A stretch of 33,954 bases of DNA from Chthonomonadales bacterium (lineage in GTDB: Bacteria; Armatimonadota; Chthonomonadetes; Chthonomonadales; CAJBBX01), in contig JBMFSQ010000035.1 of NCBI GenBank assembly GCA_049967475.1, forward strand, positions 1 through 33,954, given 5' to 3'. Shown one piece after another: positions 8,532-17,779 of this stretch (positions within the stretch are counted from its first letter, which is position 1; every line of letters starts with the position of its first letter). The notes below the pieces were generated by a model. That model was not told where the DNA came from, made no database searches, and saw nothing but the letters and a program-made list of their open reading frames with translations. Made by a program: the position numbers and the translations under genes.

Positions 8532-11045
8532 ATGGAACCCGGCAAAATTGCGGTTGACATAGGGTTGGCGTCGTCGCTTTCGGCCATCGTGCTCTATCTG
8601 GCGGCTCTTCGGGGTAGTCGGAAGCTGCGGATTGCAGCACGGGTTGCCTACGGGGTGGCGGCAGTCTCAGGCATGTGCGCTTTCGCGCGGCTCATGTTTC
8701 TGGTAGTGCACAAGCAGTACCAGTTCGATTACGTCTTCCGGTATGTGTCCAACGATCTGGGCTACCCGTTTTTAGCTGCCGCCACGTGGGCAGGCCAGGA
8801 GGGCAGCTTTTTGCTGTGGACCCTGTGGACCTGCGTCATCGGCTTCCTGGTGCTATGGAAGGCAGGCCGTTGGGAAGCGCGCGTGATGCCGATCTATATC
8901 ACGGCGCTTTGCTTCCTGTACGGCATCCTGCATTGGCTGAGCCCCTTTAGCGCCACCGTTCGGCCCGACGGGTGGCCCGCCGATTTCCCGTGGCCGCCTA
9001 CCAATGGCCAGGGGCTCAACCCATCGCTTCAGAATTACTGGATGGCCATCCATCCGCCTACGATCTTCTTCGGCTTCAGTTCGCTGCTGGTTCCCTTCGC
9101 CTACGGCATCGCAGCGATGATTTGGCGGGAATATGAAAGCTGGGCGCCGCGCGTGATGCCGTGGGTTTTGCTCACTGTGGCTACTTTGGGACTGGGCTTG
9201 TTCATGGGCGGTTACTGGGCGTATGAGACGCTGGGATGGCATGGTTTCTGGGCATGGGATCCGGTAGAGAATGCATCCCTCTTTCCGTGGCTTGGTGCCC
9301 TCGGCCTGCTTCACGGCCTCATTGTTCAAAAGAGCCGCGGCGGAATGGGGAGAACGAACCTCTTTTTGGCCATTGTGGCGTGGATGCTCTTTCTGTACGG
9401 CACCTTCCTCACGCGTTCCGGTGTGCTTTCGGGTTTCTCCGTGCACGCCTTCGACATGATCGGCCGCAGCGCCCTCGTCTTGCTCATCGTGATGATCGCC
9501 TTCTACGGCGTTGTGGGTTTCGGGCTGTTGGGATGGCGATGGAGGCACATCCCCGGCCGTCCCATCTCCGACGCTCCCCTTTCGAGGGACACGGCTATGG
9601 TGCTCGCTGTGACGCTCATGATCGCCGCTTGTGCGTTTGTGGCGATCGGCACTTCGTGGCCGTTGCTTTCACGGCTGAGCGTGGTACGCGCGATCCCAGG
9701 GTTGTCGGCGTACTATTCTGCCAAGGGTATGAGCGTGCAGGCACCCTTCTACAACAAGGTGGGCTCCATGCTGCTGATCCCTGCGCTGTTGGTGATGGGG
9801 GCCGTGCCGTTCTTGGCGTGGGGCAAGACGAATGCAGACAAGTTCCTGTGGAGGGTAATCGTTCCCTGGTTCTGCGCCATCGGTGGAGGCGCTTTGATCC
9901 TGTGGTTTGCTCTCGTCCAGTCCAGCAAGGGCTTTGAAGTGGACACACCCAGGTGGCTGGTGGTCGCCATCGGTACGCTGGGTCTGTTTGCAGGGTTCGC
10001 CAACCTTGGCCTGGCGTGGAAGGTATTGCGGGCGAAGTCCATCTCTGCAGGGGGTTGGCTTGCCCACGTAGGCATCGGCCTCCTGTTTGTGGGTACGGTA
10101 TTGGCTAATGTTTATGAGCAGACGGTAGGCTTCAATTTGATAGAGGGCGATCGGCCGGTACAAACGCCCTTTGGGTATTCCCTGCAGTTTGCCGGCTGGA
10201 CCCACGATGGAAAACCATCGCAGGAAGTCGCCCGGGAGTGGTGGCAATTTGGACATGGGGTAAAGATACGCCTTGCCCCTACTTCGGTCGGCATGGGTTC
10301 GCCCCATGATGGGTCTGGTGCATCCGGGCAGCCGCCCGATGCCTTCGTCGTAACGGCTCCTGTGTTTCACAATCAGCAGCTCGAGATGAATGCTCGCCCG
10401 GGAGAACCTACCACGATGAGATGGCCGGTGATCCACCACGAGCTCTTCCGCGACGTCTATATTGCCATCGCCGATGATCCCAAACTCGAGCGGGTGCACG
10501 TAACGATTACGCCAGGGGAGACCCTACCCATTCCCGCCACCGATTACCGAATCCACTACACGCGCTTCTACCGGCAAGGCCAGTTTGGAATGGCGGGAAC
10601 GGTGATGGGGGCCGAAATGGAGCTGATTACGCCCAACGGCAAGCGCATCCCCATTCGGCCGGGCCTGATGCTTGGCGGAGATGCCGGACCTACACCGGTC
10701 AACGAAATGATCCCCCAGTTGCCCGGAGCTGCTATTCTGGAGGGCGGAGTGGATGCGGCTACCAAGGCCGTTACGGTTGCCTTCGAACTGCCGGAGGCGC
10801 CGGCCCTATGGCGCGTGCCCATATCGGTTACGAACAAACCGTTTATAGGGCTGGTATGGCTGGGGGTGCTCTTGATGGGACTGGGCGCAGTGGTGGCGAT
10901 GGCGAGGCGCGCTCTGGAGGCCGGCAGGGAAGTCGCTGCCGCCGAAGCCGCACAGGAACGGCCGGCAAAGGCCCCAGCCCGCACAAAGGACACGCCGCGC
11001 GTGCACCCGCGCGGACACCGTGCCAAGGCCCGTGCAGCACGATGA
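8532..11045 (+). CDS. ccmF: Cytochrome c heme lyase CcmF (long form)
   Basis: 'WAGQEGSFLLW', 'GLNPSLQNYWMAIHPP', WWD 'WHGFWAWDPVENAS', 'FLTRSG..SVHAF', 'LAHVG' and a terminal 'KPFI.LVWLG' TM. GGAGG RBS. Confidence 0.94.
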   Translation: MEPGKIAVDIGLASSLSAIVLYLAALRGSRKLRIAARVAYGVAAVSGMCAFARLMFLVVHKQYQFDYVFRYVSNDLGYPFLAAATWAGQEGSFLLWTLWTCVIGFLVLWKAGRWEARVMPIYITALCFLYGILHWLSPFSATVRPDGWPADFPWPPTNGQGLNPSLQNYWMAIHPPTIFFGFSSLLVPFAYGIAAMIWREYESWAPRVMPWVLLTVATLGLGLFMGGYWAYETLGWHGFWAWDPVENASLFPWLGALGLLHGLIVQKSRGGMGRTNLFLAIVAWMLFLYGTFLTRSGVLSGFSVHAFDMIGRSALVLLIVMIAFYGVVGFGLLGWRWRHIPGRPISDAPLSRDTAMVLAVTLMIAACAFVAIGTSWPLLSRLSVVRAIPGLSAYYSAKGMSVQAPFYNKVGSMLLIPALLVMGAVPFLAWGKTNADKFLWRVIVPWFCAIGGGALILWFALVQSSKGFEVDTPRWLVVAIGTLGLFAGFANLGLAWKVLRAKSISAGGWLAHVGIGLLFVGTVLANVYEQTVGFNLIEGDRPVQTPFGYSLQFAGWTHDGKPSQEVAREWWQFGHGVKIRLAPTSVGMGSPHDGSGASGQPPDAFVVTAPVFHNQQLEMNARPGEPTTMRWPVIHHELFRDVYIAIADDPKLERVHVTITPGETLPIPATDYRIHYTRFYRQGQFGMAGTVMGAEMELITPNGKRIPIRPGLMLGGDAGPTPVNEMIPQLPGAAILEGGVDAATKAVTVAFELPEAPALWRVPISVTNKPFIGLVWLGVLLMGLGAVVAMARRALEAGREVAAAEAAQERPAKAPARTKDTPRVHPRGHRAKARAAR

Positions 11046-11148
11046 GCCTGTAACCTCCCACCTTGCACAGTCGCTGGCTCTTCGCTTCTTCGAGGCGCAG
11101 TGGATGCGAGAGGCTCGTCCGCGCAACGGGACGGGGCAGCAGGCGATG

Positions 11149-12165
11149 CTACGGGTGCGACGCCTGAACCGGTTTGCCGGTTTCCCCCGATTTCAGAAGG
11201 GCGCGTGTGAAGAGGAGCACCGGCCAGACTTCCTCCAGAGGCGCCCAGTTCGGACCTTCGCCGCGCAGAAGACGCGCAAAGGCATTGTCGGCTTCTCCTA
11301 CACGGTACGAGGGCGTGTCGTCGCCATCGGGTACGGGAAGGGCTTCCAGGGGGGCCCACTGGCCTTGGGCGGCATCCGGCGACCAGAAGCATCGGCCATT
11401 CTCGAGCACGAAGTCCATCCCTTCACAGTGGATGTTGATCTGCTCCCGCCAGCGCCGGGCGGTGCCTACAAAGCAGAAGGTGGCCAAGGTGCCGTTGGAG
11501 AGTTCGGCAGTACCCTGGGCCGTAAGGGGAACGGCTGCGCCACGGTTGTCTACGCGGGCATGCACCCATCGTGCCCGGAGGCCGGTCATCCATAGAAGGG
11601 TGTCTATCTGGTGTCCGTTTGCGTCGTAGATGAAGCCGCCCGGGCACATTGCAGGATCGTGGCGCCACGTGCCCGATACGCCTGTAACCCAATCTTCGCA
11701 GTTGTAGACGCTTACTGCGTAAACAGAACCCCATCGGCCTGACTGGATCTGACGGCGCATCTCACGGATGGATGGGTGATATCGCCGGGGGTACGTCATC
11801 GCTACGTGGGTGCCGGCGCGGTCTCGCGCTGCGATGCACGCCTCCAGTTCTTTCGGTTCCAGGGTAAGCGGCTTCTCGCAGAGAACATGGAGACCTGCTG
11901 CGAGGGCATCCAAGAGTTGCGACACATGGCAGCCATCGGGTGAGGCGATGCATACTGCGTGGAGCCCGGCCTCCAGGATGCGGCGGTGGTCGGTGGAGAC
12001 GAGCAGGGGTGGGGGCGAGATCTGAGATGCGAGCGATGCGGCCGCGCCTTCATTGGGATCGGCAAGAGCACATACGCGGACGCCCGGGATGGCCGCCATG
12101 CGTTTGGCATGGATTGCCCCGAGGGCGCCGCACCCTATGATGCCCACCTTGAGATCGGATTGCAC
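11149..12165 (-). CDS. Gfo/Idh/MocA family oxidoreductase
   Basis: Rossmann 'KVGIIGCGALG', 'HVLCEKP' and 'GGFIYDANGHQID'. Start is GTG 12165 (GAGGA RBS) or ATG 12186; the ORF-track extension to 12726 overlaps the opposite-strand gene. Confidence 0.9.
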   Translation of the reverse strand: MQSDLKVGIIGCGALGAIHAKRMAAIPGVRVCALADPNEGAAASLASQISPPPLLVSTDHRRILEAGLHAVCIASPDGCHVSQLLDALAAGLHVLCEKPLTLEPKELEACIAARDRAGTHVAMTYPRRYHPSIREMRRQIQSGRWGSVYAVSVYNCEDWVTGVSGTWRHDPAMCPGGFIYDANGHQIDTLLWMTGLRARWVHARVDNRGAAVPLTAQGTAELSNGTLATFCFVGTARRWREQINIHCEGMDFVLENGRCFWSPDAAQGQWAPLEALPVPDGDDTPSYRVGEADNAFARLLRGEGPNWAPLEEVWPVLLFTRALLKSGETGKPVQASHP

Positions 12166-12376
12166 GTTGTGTTCCTCGGAACGCATATCTGCCTTCGGTT
12201 CGATGATCCCGCGGGTTTTCCCTTCCTCCGGTGTGCCAGCATTCCTGGTATCCGTAAGGCGAGGGCAGCCCCAGGCGGGAAGCAGGAATCGTGCTTCAGC
12301 GGGGCGCACAACATAAGGCGGGGGATGCGCCGTTTCGCCCCTTACCATTATCTCGTGTGGAAGGACCTTTTGATCC

Positions 12377-13429
12377 ATGAGTAAAGTCGGCATCGGCATC
12401 ATAAGTTGGGCGCATGGGCATGTGAACGCATACGCCACGAGGATCCGCGGTTTCGAAGACGCGGAACTGATCTCTTGCTGGGACGATGATGTGGCCCGCG
12501 GTGAGCGGAATGCGCAGGCGTTCGGCATCCCGTTCGAGCCCCACCTGGAGGATTTGCTTTCGGACACGCGCATTGAGTGCGTCATCGTGGCATCGGAAAC
12601 CAACAAACACGCCCAACTCTGCATCGAGGCAGCCCGGGCCGGTAAGGCGATCCTTCTGCAGAAGCCCATGGCCCTCACACTGGAGGATTGCGACCGCATC
12701 ATCGCGGCTGTGGAGCAGTCGGGCATCTGGTTCTCGGTTGCATATCAGATGCGGCACGATCCGCAGAACATCCACATGAAACGCCTGGTGGAAGAGGGAG
12801 CCATAGGCCGGGTGGGTATCGTCCGGCGGCGGCACTGCATCCCGGTGCTGTTCAATAAGGGCTTCATTGAGGGTCCTAGCCGGTGGCATATATCCCGCGA
12901 AGCGAACCGCGGCATGTGGATGGACGATGCCTCCCATCCATGTGACTGGTTGGTGTGGATGCTCGGGCGGCCTAAGACGGTGATCGCGGAGATTGACAAC
13001 GTACTGACCGATGTTGCCCCGGATGACGCCGGCTTCGCCGTATTTCGGTACCCCGGCGGCATCATGGCGGAGATCCACAACGCTTCCATCACGTGGGCCA
13101 GCGAGAACACTACGGAGATTTACGGCGACCGCGGCGTGATTATCCAGAACCATGGAGATGCTGTGTCCTGTTCTCCGCGGCCGCCCCACGCCATCGGCGT
13201 GAAACTATTCCAGAGCGACAAGGCAGACCTGGGTTGGCAGGATCAGGGTATCCCGATCCCGGCAAGCCATGGGGAGCGCATCGCAGGTGTTGCCAGACCC
13301 TTCGTGGATGCACTTAAGGCTGGGAAGCCTATGTGCCCGGCTCGCGAAGCCCGCATCAGCGTGGAGATGGTTCTGGCTGCCTATGAAGCTTCGGCAACGG
13401 GACGGCGTGTGGAGTTTCCGCCTGCTTGA
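12377..13429 (+). CDS. Gfo/Idh/MocA family oxidoreductase
   Basis: 'KVGIGIISWAHGH', 'AGKAILLQKPMA', 'GMWMDDASHPCD' and C-terminal 'AAYEASATGRRV'. AAGGA RBS. Confidence 0.9.
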   Translation: MSKVGIGIISWAHGHVNAYATRIRGFEDAELISCWDDDVARGERNAQAFGIPFEPHLEDLLSDTRIECVIVASETNKHAQLCIEAARAGKAILLQKPMALTLEDCDRIIAAVEQSGIWFSVAYQMRHDPQNIHMKRLVEEGAIGRVGIVRRRHCIPVLFNKGFIEGPSRWHISREANRGMWMDDASHPCDWLVWMLGRPKTVIAEIDNVLTDVAPDDAGFAVFRYPGGIMAEIHNASITWASENTTEIYGDRGVIIQNHGDAVSCSPRPPHAIGVKLFQSDKADLGWQDQGIPIPASHGERIAGVARPFVDALKAGKPMCPAREARISVEMVLAAYEASATGRRVEFPPA

Positions 13430-13564
13430 CGGGGTTACCCGGCCACGGCGCCACCGGAGAGCCAAGGAAGCATTAGCCGCCGGGCGGAACGGGCGCCTTC
13501 ACGCGCTTTAGGGGTGCGGCAATCTCCCGGAGGCGCCATGCCGAAAATCCCGCTGGAATGGCTC

Positions 13565-13765
13565 CTAGTCGTCGTCTTCGGGAAGCACGACGATATGTCC
13601 GCTCCTTCGAAGCGTCTGTTGCAGGTGGTTTATCTGACCTTCGGCTTGGGCCACTTGCTGCTGAAGCACGGCGCGCCGAACGTATTGGTGGGTAACGATG
13701 GTCACCGCCGCGGCGATGCTGACGAAGAGAAGGAGGAGGGGCAGCCTGAGAGGTTTCGGGATCAT
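13565..13765 (-). CDS. Small single-pass membrane protein (66 aa), hypothetical
   Basis: TM 'LLLLFVSIAAAVTIVT' then a Gln-rich helix; its ATG overlaps the upstream TGA (ATGA). Confidence 0.55.
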   Translation of the reverse strand: MIPKPLRLPLLLLFVSIAAAVTIVTHQYVRRAVLQQQVAQAEGQINHLQQTLRRSGHIVVLPEDDD

Positions 13766-13965
13766 TTCGTGATCTTAGCGGCCTCGCTTCTGAGCGTGGC
13801 CGTCGCTTCCTGCAGATGGACCAGCCGGTGGTACAGACGGTTGGAGGTTTGGCCCACCCGCCAGGTCCACACCATCCCGACGACCACGATTGCAAGGGAG
13901 AGCGCCAGGATCGCGAAGGCGGCCCAGGTGTATTGTTTGGCTGCGGCGGCGTCTTGGACGGGCAC
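13762..13965 (-). CDS. Small single-pass membrane protein (~67 aa), hypothetical
   Basis: TM 'WAAFAILALSLAIVVVGMVWTW' then an amphipathic helix. GTG 13965 has a GAGG RBS 9 nt upstream (alternative TTG 14013). Coupled to the next small gene. Confidence 0.55.
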   Translation of the reverse strand: MPVQDAAAAKQYTWAAFAILALSLAIVVVGMVWTWRVGQTSNRLYHRLVHLQEATATLRSEAAKITK

Positions 13966-14043
13966 GGGTAACAACCTCAAAAAAGTGCCGGATCGGCCGG
14001 CGAATGGGTCCAAACTGATTATCGGAGGATCGGGAGGAAAGTC

Positions 14044-15252
14044 TTGAGGGATTTAGGGCTTGTTGTGATGTTGCTGGCCGTGCTTTCGCCCGCAGAACCG
14101 CTCAAAGGCCGGGCTGTGCAAACGCTCGACGGGCGCTGGCTCTTTCGAGAGCAGGCTGTGCAGGGTGCATCCGTGGCGGGCTGGGTCCGTGAGCCTGCCC
14201 CAGATGCTCGCGCCACGCAGGTGCCTTCCCTGTGGAACTGCGCAACGGCTCCTTCGTACCATGGCACCGGATGGTACTGGCGCACCTTTGAGACCCCCTC
14301 GGCGTGGAAGGACCAGAACGTGCGCCTCTTCATCCATGGGGTGGTGGGCAAGGGGATGTGCTATTTGAACGGCACCTTGCTGGGTTCAGTGTCCAGCCCC
14401 TACAGGCCCGCTCAATTCGACATCACCAAGCTCATCAAGTGGCAAGAACCCAATGTTTTGGCCATACGTGTGGAAGCCGCTGCGGCGGGACTGGGAGGTA
14501 TCTGGAAAGACGTGGAACTCGTAGCATCCGATGAGGCCCATATCACGGGTGTGCTGATTGTCGCCGAAGCCAGCGGTTGGGTCACAGCCCGTGTGGACCT
14601 GGAAAACACGTCACAGAAAACCGGAGATGCCGAGGTATACCTCGAAGTGTCGGAGCTTGGGCAGAAAAAGCTCGTAGCTGAGACCATTCAGCACGTGGAA
14701 GTGTCTCCGGGGCGCAACCGAGCAGAGCTTCTTCTGCACGTCAAGAAGCCCCACCTATGGTCGCCGAACGCTCCATTTCTGTATTCTGCGCGCGTGTCTT
14801 TTCGGCAAGGGCGCGATATTTTGGACGATGTAGACACGGTGTTCGGCTTTCGCGAGGTTCGTGCTGAAGGCGGCCGGATCCTGATCAACGGCGCTCCCAT
14901 GAATATCCGCTGGGCCACCGTCACGCCTTTGGCGGACGGCGCGCCTCAGACGCCTTGCAGCGACGAGTACGGGACTAAGGAGATCGAAGCCTTGCGCGCC
15001 AAGGGCTTCGGCGGAATTTGGGTGGCGCAAGGTCTGCTGTCCGATGCTGCTTTAGTTGCCGCAGACAAGGAGGGTATGCTCATTGCGGAGGGTTCCGAGG
15101 CGGGTATAAGCGCCCGGGATCTGGTGGCAGTGCACGGTGCGCACCCGTCGGTGGCTGTATGGCGGGCGAGCGGGATACAGGAAGAGGATGCCTTTCGCGC
15201 GGTGGATAACAGCCGGCCGGTGCTGGCGGTACCTCCCGCGGAAAATCCGTGA
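14044..15252 (+). CDS. Secreted glycoside hydrolase family 2-like protein (sugar-binding + Ig domains, truncated and degenerate barrel)
   Basis: Signal-like N-terminus after a GGAGG RBS and TTG; GH2_N 'LDGRWLF..VPSLWN..YHGTGWYWRTF..YLNG...FDIT..GGIWKDV'; Ig domain 'PHLWSP..PFLY..FGFREV...ILING'; 'HPSV..W' and 'D.SRPV' remnants. Confidence 0.75.
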   Translation: MRDLGLVVMLLAVLSPAEPLKGRAVQTLDGRWLFREQAVQGASVAGWVREPAPDARATQVPSLWNCATAPSYHGTGWYWRTFETPSAWKDQNVRLFIHGVVGKGMCYLNGTLLGSVSSPYRPAQFDITKLIKWQEPNVLAIRVEAAAAGLGGIWKDVELVASDEAHITGVLIVAEASGWVTARVDLENTSQKTGDAEVYLEVSELGQKKLVAETIQHVEVSPGRNRAELLLHVKKPHLWSPNAPFLYSARVSFRQGRDILDDVDTVFGFREVRAEGGRILINGAPMNIRWATVTPLADGAPQTPCSDEYGTKEIEALRAKGFGGIWVAQGLLSDAALVAADKEGMLIAEGSEAGISARDLVAVHGAHPSVAVWRASGIQEEDAFRAVDNSRPVLAVPPAENP

Positions 15253-15421
15253 GACGTGGTGCAGTTTGGGCCTTCCTCATAGGACGCACCTTTGCCTGGC
15301 CCGATCTCCCGCACTGCTGAAGGCGGCTTTGGGCGAGGAGTTCGTGATCCAGCGGGACGCACCTACGCTGCGCAGGTTCGAACAGGCGATATCTTGATTT
15401 GCATAGAAGGGAGAAGGCACG

Positions 15422-16147
15422 ATGTCCATTCCCTTGGAGATGCTGCAAAGTGAAGGGATCGCGTTTTTAGAGCTGTTGGAGGAATGGAAGTCCGGGCTGA
15501 CGCCGCTTCCTTTAGAGACATACGTGCGTGAGGCCGGCGGCGCCGAGCACGTGGGCATCTTCTGTGTGGACGTCATCAACGGCTTCTGCACCGAGGGCCC
15601 CCTGCAGAGTGATCGGATACAGGCGATTGTAAAGCCGATCCGCGATTTGATGCTCCGCGCTTGGGACGTTGGAGTGCGCGCCTTCGTATTGCCGCAGGAC
15701 AGTCACCCACCGTCCTCGCCGGAGTTCAACGACTATCCGCCCCACTGTATTACAGGGACGTCGGAATGCCAAACCGTGCCGGAGCTATTGAGCTTGCCCT
15801 TTGCGAGCCAGTTTGTAATCATTCCAAAGAAGAGCATCAGTTCGGCCGTGCGCACGGACCTTCCGGATTGGGTTGACCGCCATAGGGAGATCACCCACCG
15901 CATTGTTGTAGGGGATTGCACGGATCTGTGCACCTATCAGCTTGCTCTCTATCTCAAGACGGAGGCGACAGCCCGGGATGAAGGTTGTTCGGTGATCGTG
16001 CCCGCCGATTGTGTCGCCACCTATGACATCCCTGTGGCCTCGGCTCGCGATGCGGGGATCCCCGCGCATCCGGGTGACCTGTTCCACGCGCTGTTTCTGT
16101 ACCACATGGCGTTGAATGGGGTCCGCGTCATATCGGCATTTACGTAG
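15422..16147 (+). CDS. Isochorismatase-family cysteine hydrolase (nicotinamidase-like)
   Basis: 'VDVINGF' (Asp), metal ligands 'QDSH' and 'PPHC', 'PKKSISS' (Lys) and 'GDCTDLC' (catalytic Cys). Confidence 0.88.
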   Translation: MSIPLEMLQSEGIAFLELLEEWKSGLTPLPLETYVREAGGAEHVGIFCVDVINGFCTEGPLQSDRIQAIVKPIRDLMLRAWDVGVRAFVLPQDSHPPSSPEFNDYPPHCITGTSECQTVPELLSLPFASQFVIIPKKSISSAVRTDLPDWVDRHREITHRIVVGDCTDLCTYQLALYLKTEATARDEGCSVIVPADCVATYDIPVASARDAGIPAHPGDLFHALFLYHMALNGVRVISAFT

Positions 16148-16276
16148 CACGGAGGCGGGTTTTTACCCTCAGTTCCTATGGCGCAAGCTCTCGCCCGGCA
16201 GAGCCTGGTTCGCATGCTGCCGGACATCCAAGGTGCTGTGCGGCAGTGTTGGCAATCGCCCTTTCCTCAGGCGATG

Positions 16277-16285
16277 TGCTATCAT
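16277..16285 (+). promoter_or_regulatory. Extended -10 element (TGnTATCAT) upstream of der
   Basis: TGCTATCAT about 30 nt upstream of the der ATG and its GAGGAGG RBS. Confidence 0.45.
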
Positions 16286-16313
16286 TCTGCCGTGATCAGT
16301 GAGGAGGGACCTC

Positions 16314-17669
16314 ATGCCCAAGCCCCTGGTGGCCGTAGTGGGCCGGCCCAATGTCGGTAAATCTACCCTGTTCAACCGGTTGGCCGGGCGGCGCATCGCC
16401 ATCGTCGAGCATACGCCGGGTGTCACGCGTGACCGCCTCTATTCCACCTTTCGCTGGCGCGGTCGAGAGTTCACTGTAGTGGACACGGGCGGCATCGTGC
16501 TGGACGAGAAGGATCCGCTTTCGATGCAGGTTCGCCGGCAGGCCGAGATTGCCATGGAAGAGGCCGATGCCATCCTCTTCGTGTGCGACGCCGCGGAGGG
16601 GCTTACCGCCACCGACCTGGATTTGGCCGATCTGTTGCGGGGGGCCAAGGTTCCGGTGTTCTTGGTAGTCAACAAAGCAGACAGCCAACGGTATCTGCAG
16701 GAGGCGGCAGATTTCTACGCCCTCGGATTAGGTGAAGTTTACGCCGTTTCTGCCGTCCACGGCCACGGTCTGGCGGATCTTTTGGATCAATTGGCGCAGG
16801 TGCTTCCCAATGCCGGGGGTCCTGATGAAGATGAGGATGCCGTTCGTTTGGCGGTCATCGGGCGGCCCAATGTGGGCAAGTCTTCGCTCACCAACGCCAT
16901 TTTGGGAGAGGATCGGGTGATTGTGAGCCCGGTGCCCGGCACGACGCGGGATGCCATAGACACCCCACTGGAGTGGGACGGCAACCGATTGTTGCTCATA
17001 GACACAGCCGGCATCCGGCGTACCGGCAAAGTGCAGGGGAGCGTGGAGTATTATACGCTTTTGCGCACACGCAGTGCCGTCGAGCGATGCCACGTAGCCG
17101 CCGTCGTTATTGATGCTGCCGCGGGTTTGACCGATGGCGACAAGCGGGCAGCCGGCCTTGCCCATGAGCACGGGCGGGCTTGTGTCCTGGTGATGAACAA
17201 ATGGGATCTAGTGGATCCTTCGGTGGCTGCTGGAGGATCGCCGTCCAGGGATCTGATGCTCCATTACACTGAGGAGCTTCGCAGAGAGATGCCGTTCCTG
17301 GCCTATGCGCCTGTGGTGTTTGCTTCTGCCCTACGGCGGTTGAGCATCCGGGAGGTAGTGGACACTGCCCTGTCTGCCGCTCAGAGCCACGCGCACCGCA
17401 TCCCTACAGGCGAGTTGAACCGCATCATCCGGGCTGCCGTGGAAGAACATCCCTACACGGTCCATGGGCGCGGGCTGAAGATCTACTACGCTACGATGCC
17501 GCGTGTCCAGCCGCCTACGGTGCTGCTGTTCGTGAATGACCCAGACCTTCTGCACTTTTCGTATCTTCGCTATCTGGAGAACCGCATCCGCGCCGCGTAC
17601 CCTCTGGAAGGTACCCCAATCCTCATTAACGCCCGCAAGGCGCAGAATGTAGAACGTCCGGCCGCCTGA
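16314..17669 (+). CDS. der: Ribosome biogenesis GTPase Der (EngA)
   Basis: Two GTPase domains (GRPNVGKS twice; DTGG/DTAG; NKAD/NKWD), 'PGVTRD' and 'PGTTRD', and KH-like C-terminus '[14 protein letters not shown]'. Confidence 0.98.
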   Translation: MPKPLVAVVGRPNVGKSTLFNRLAGRRIAIVEHTPGVTRDRLYSTFRWRGREFTVVDTGGIVLDEKDPLSMQVRRQAEIAMEEADAILFVCDAAEGLTATDLDLADLLRGAKVPVFLVVNKADSQRYLQEAADFYALGLGEVYAVSAVHGHGLADLLDQLAQVLPNAGGPDEDEDAVRLAVIGRPNVGKSSLTNAILGEDRVIVSPVPGTTRDAIDTPLEWDGNRLLLIDTAGIRRTGKVQGSVEYYTLLRTRSAVERCHVAAVVIDAAAGLTDGDKRAAGLAHEHGRACVLVMNKWDLVDPSVAAGGSPSRDLMLHYTEELRREMPFLAYAPVVFASALRRLSIREVVDTALSAAQSHAHRIPTGELNRIIRAAVEEHPYTVHGRGLKIYYATMPRVQPPTVLLFVNDPDLLHFSYLRYLENRIRAAYPLEGTPILINARKAQNVERPAA

Positions 17670-17779
17670 GCGTTTAGGACAGGCGGATGGCCCGACGTGC
17701 GGAGGCGGAAGAGAAGCCGGCGCTTACGGGGCTGGGCCTATGATGTTTCCCGGCTCTAGGCGGTACGACGCCCGGAGGG

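Noticed and set aside
12187..12726. N-terminal extension making the minus-strand Gfo protein 525 aa (also the extensions at 2181, 20614, 26044, 28501, 30962 and 33105)
   Set aside because: These extensions overlap neighbouring real genes; most have a downstream start with an RBS matching the family N-terminus.
13514..14047. 177-aa plus-strand ORF
   Set aside because: No recognisable features; the two opposite-strand small ORFs have TM helices, an RBS and ATGA coupling.
15137..15397. Possible frameshifted continuation of the GH2 barrel
   Set aside because: No alternative frame shows the expected nucleophile-strand motif, and the gap before the next gene is too short for half a barrel.
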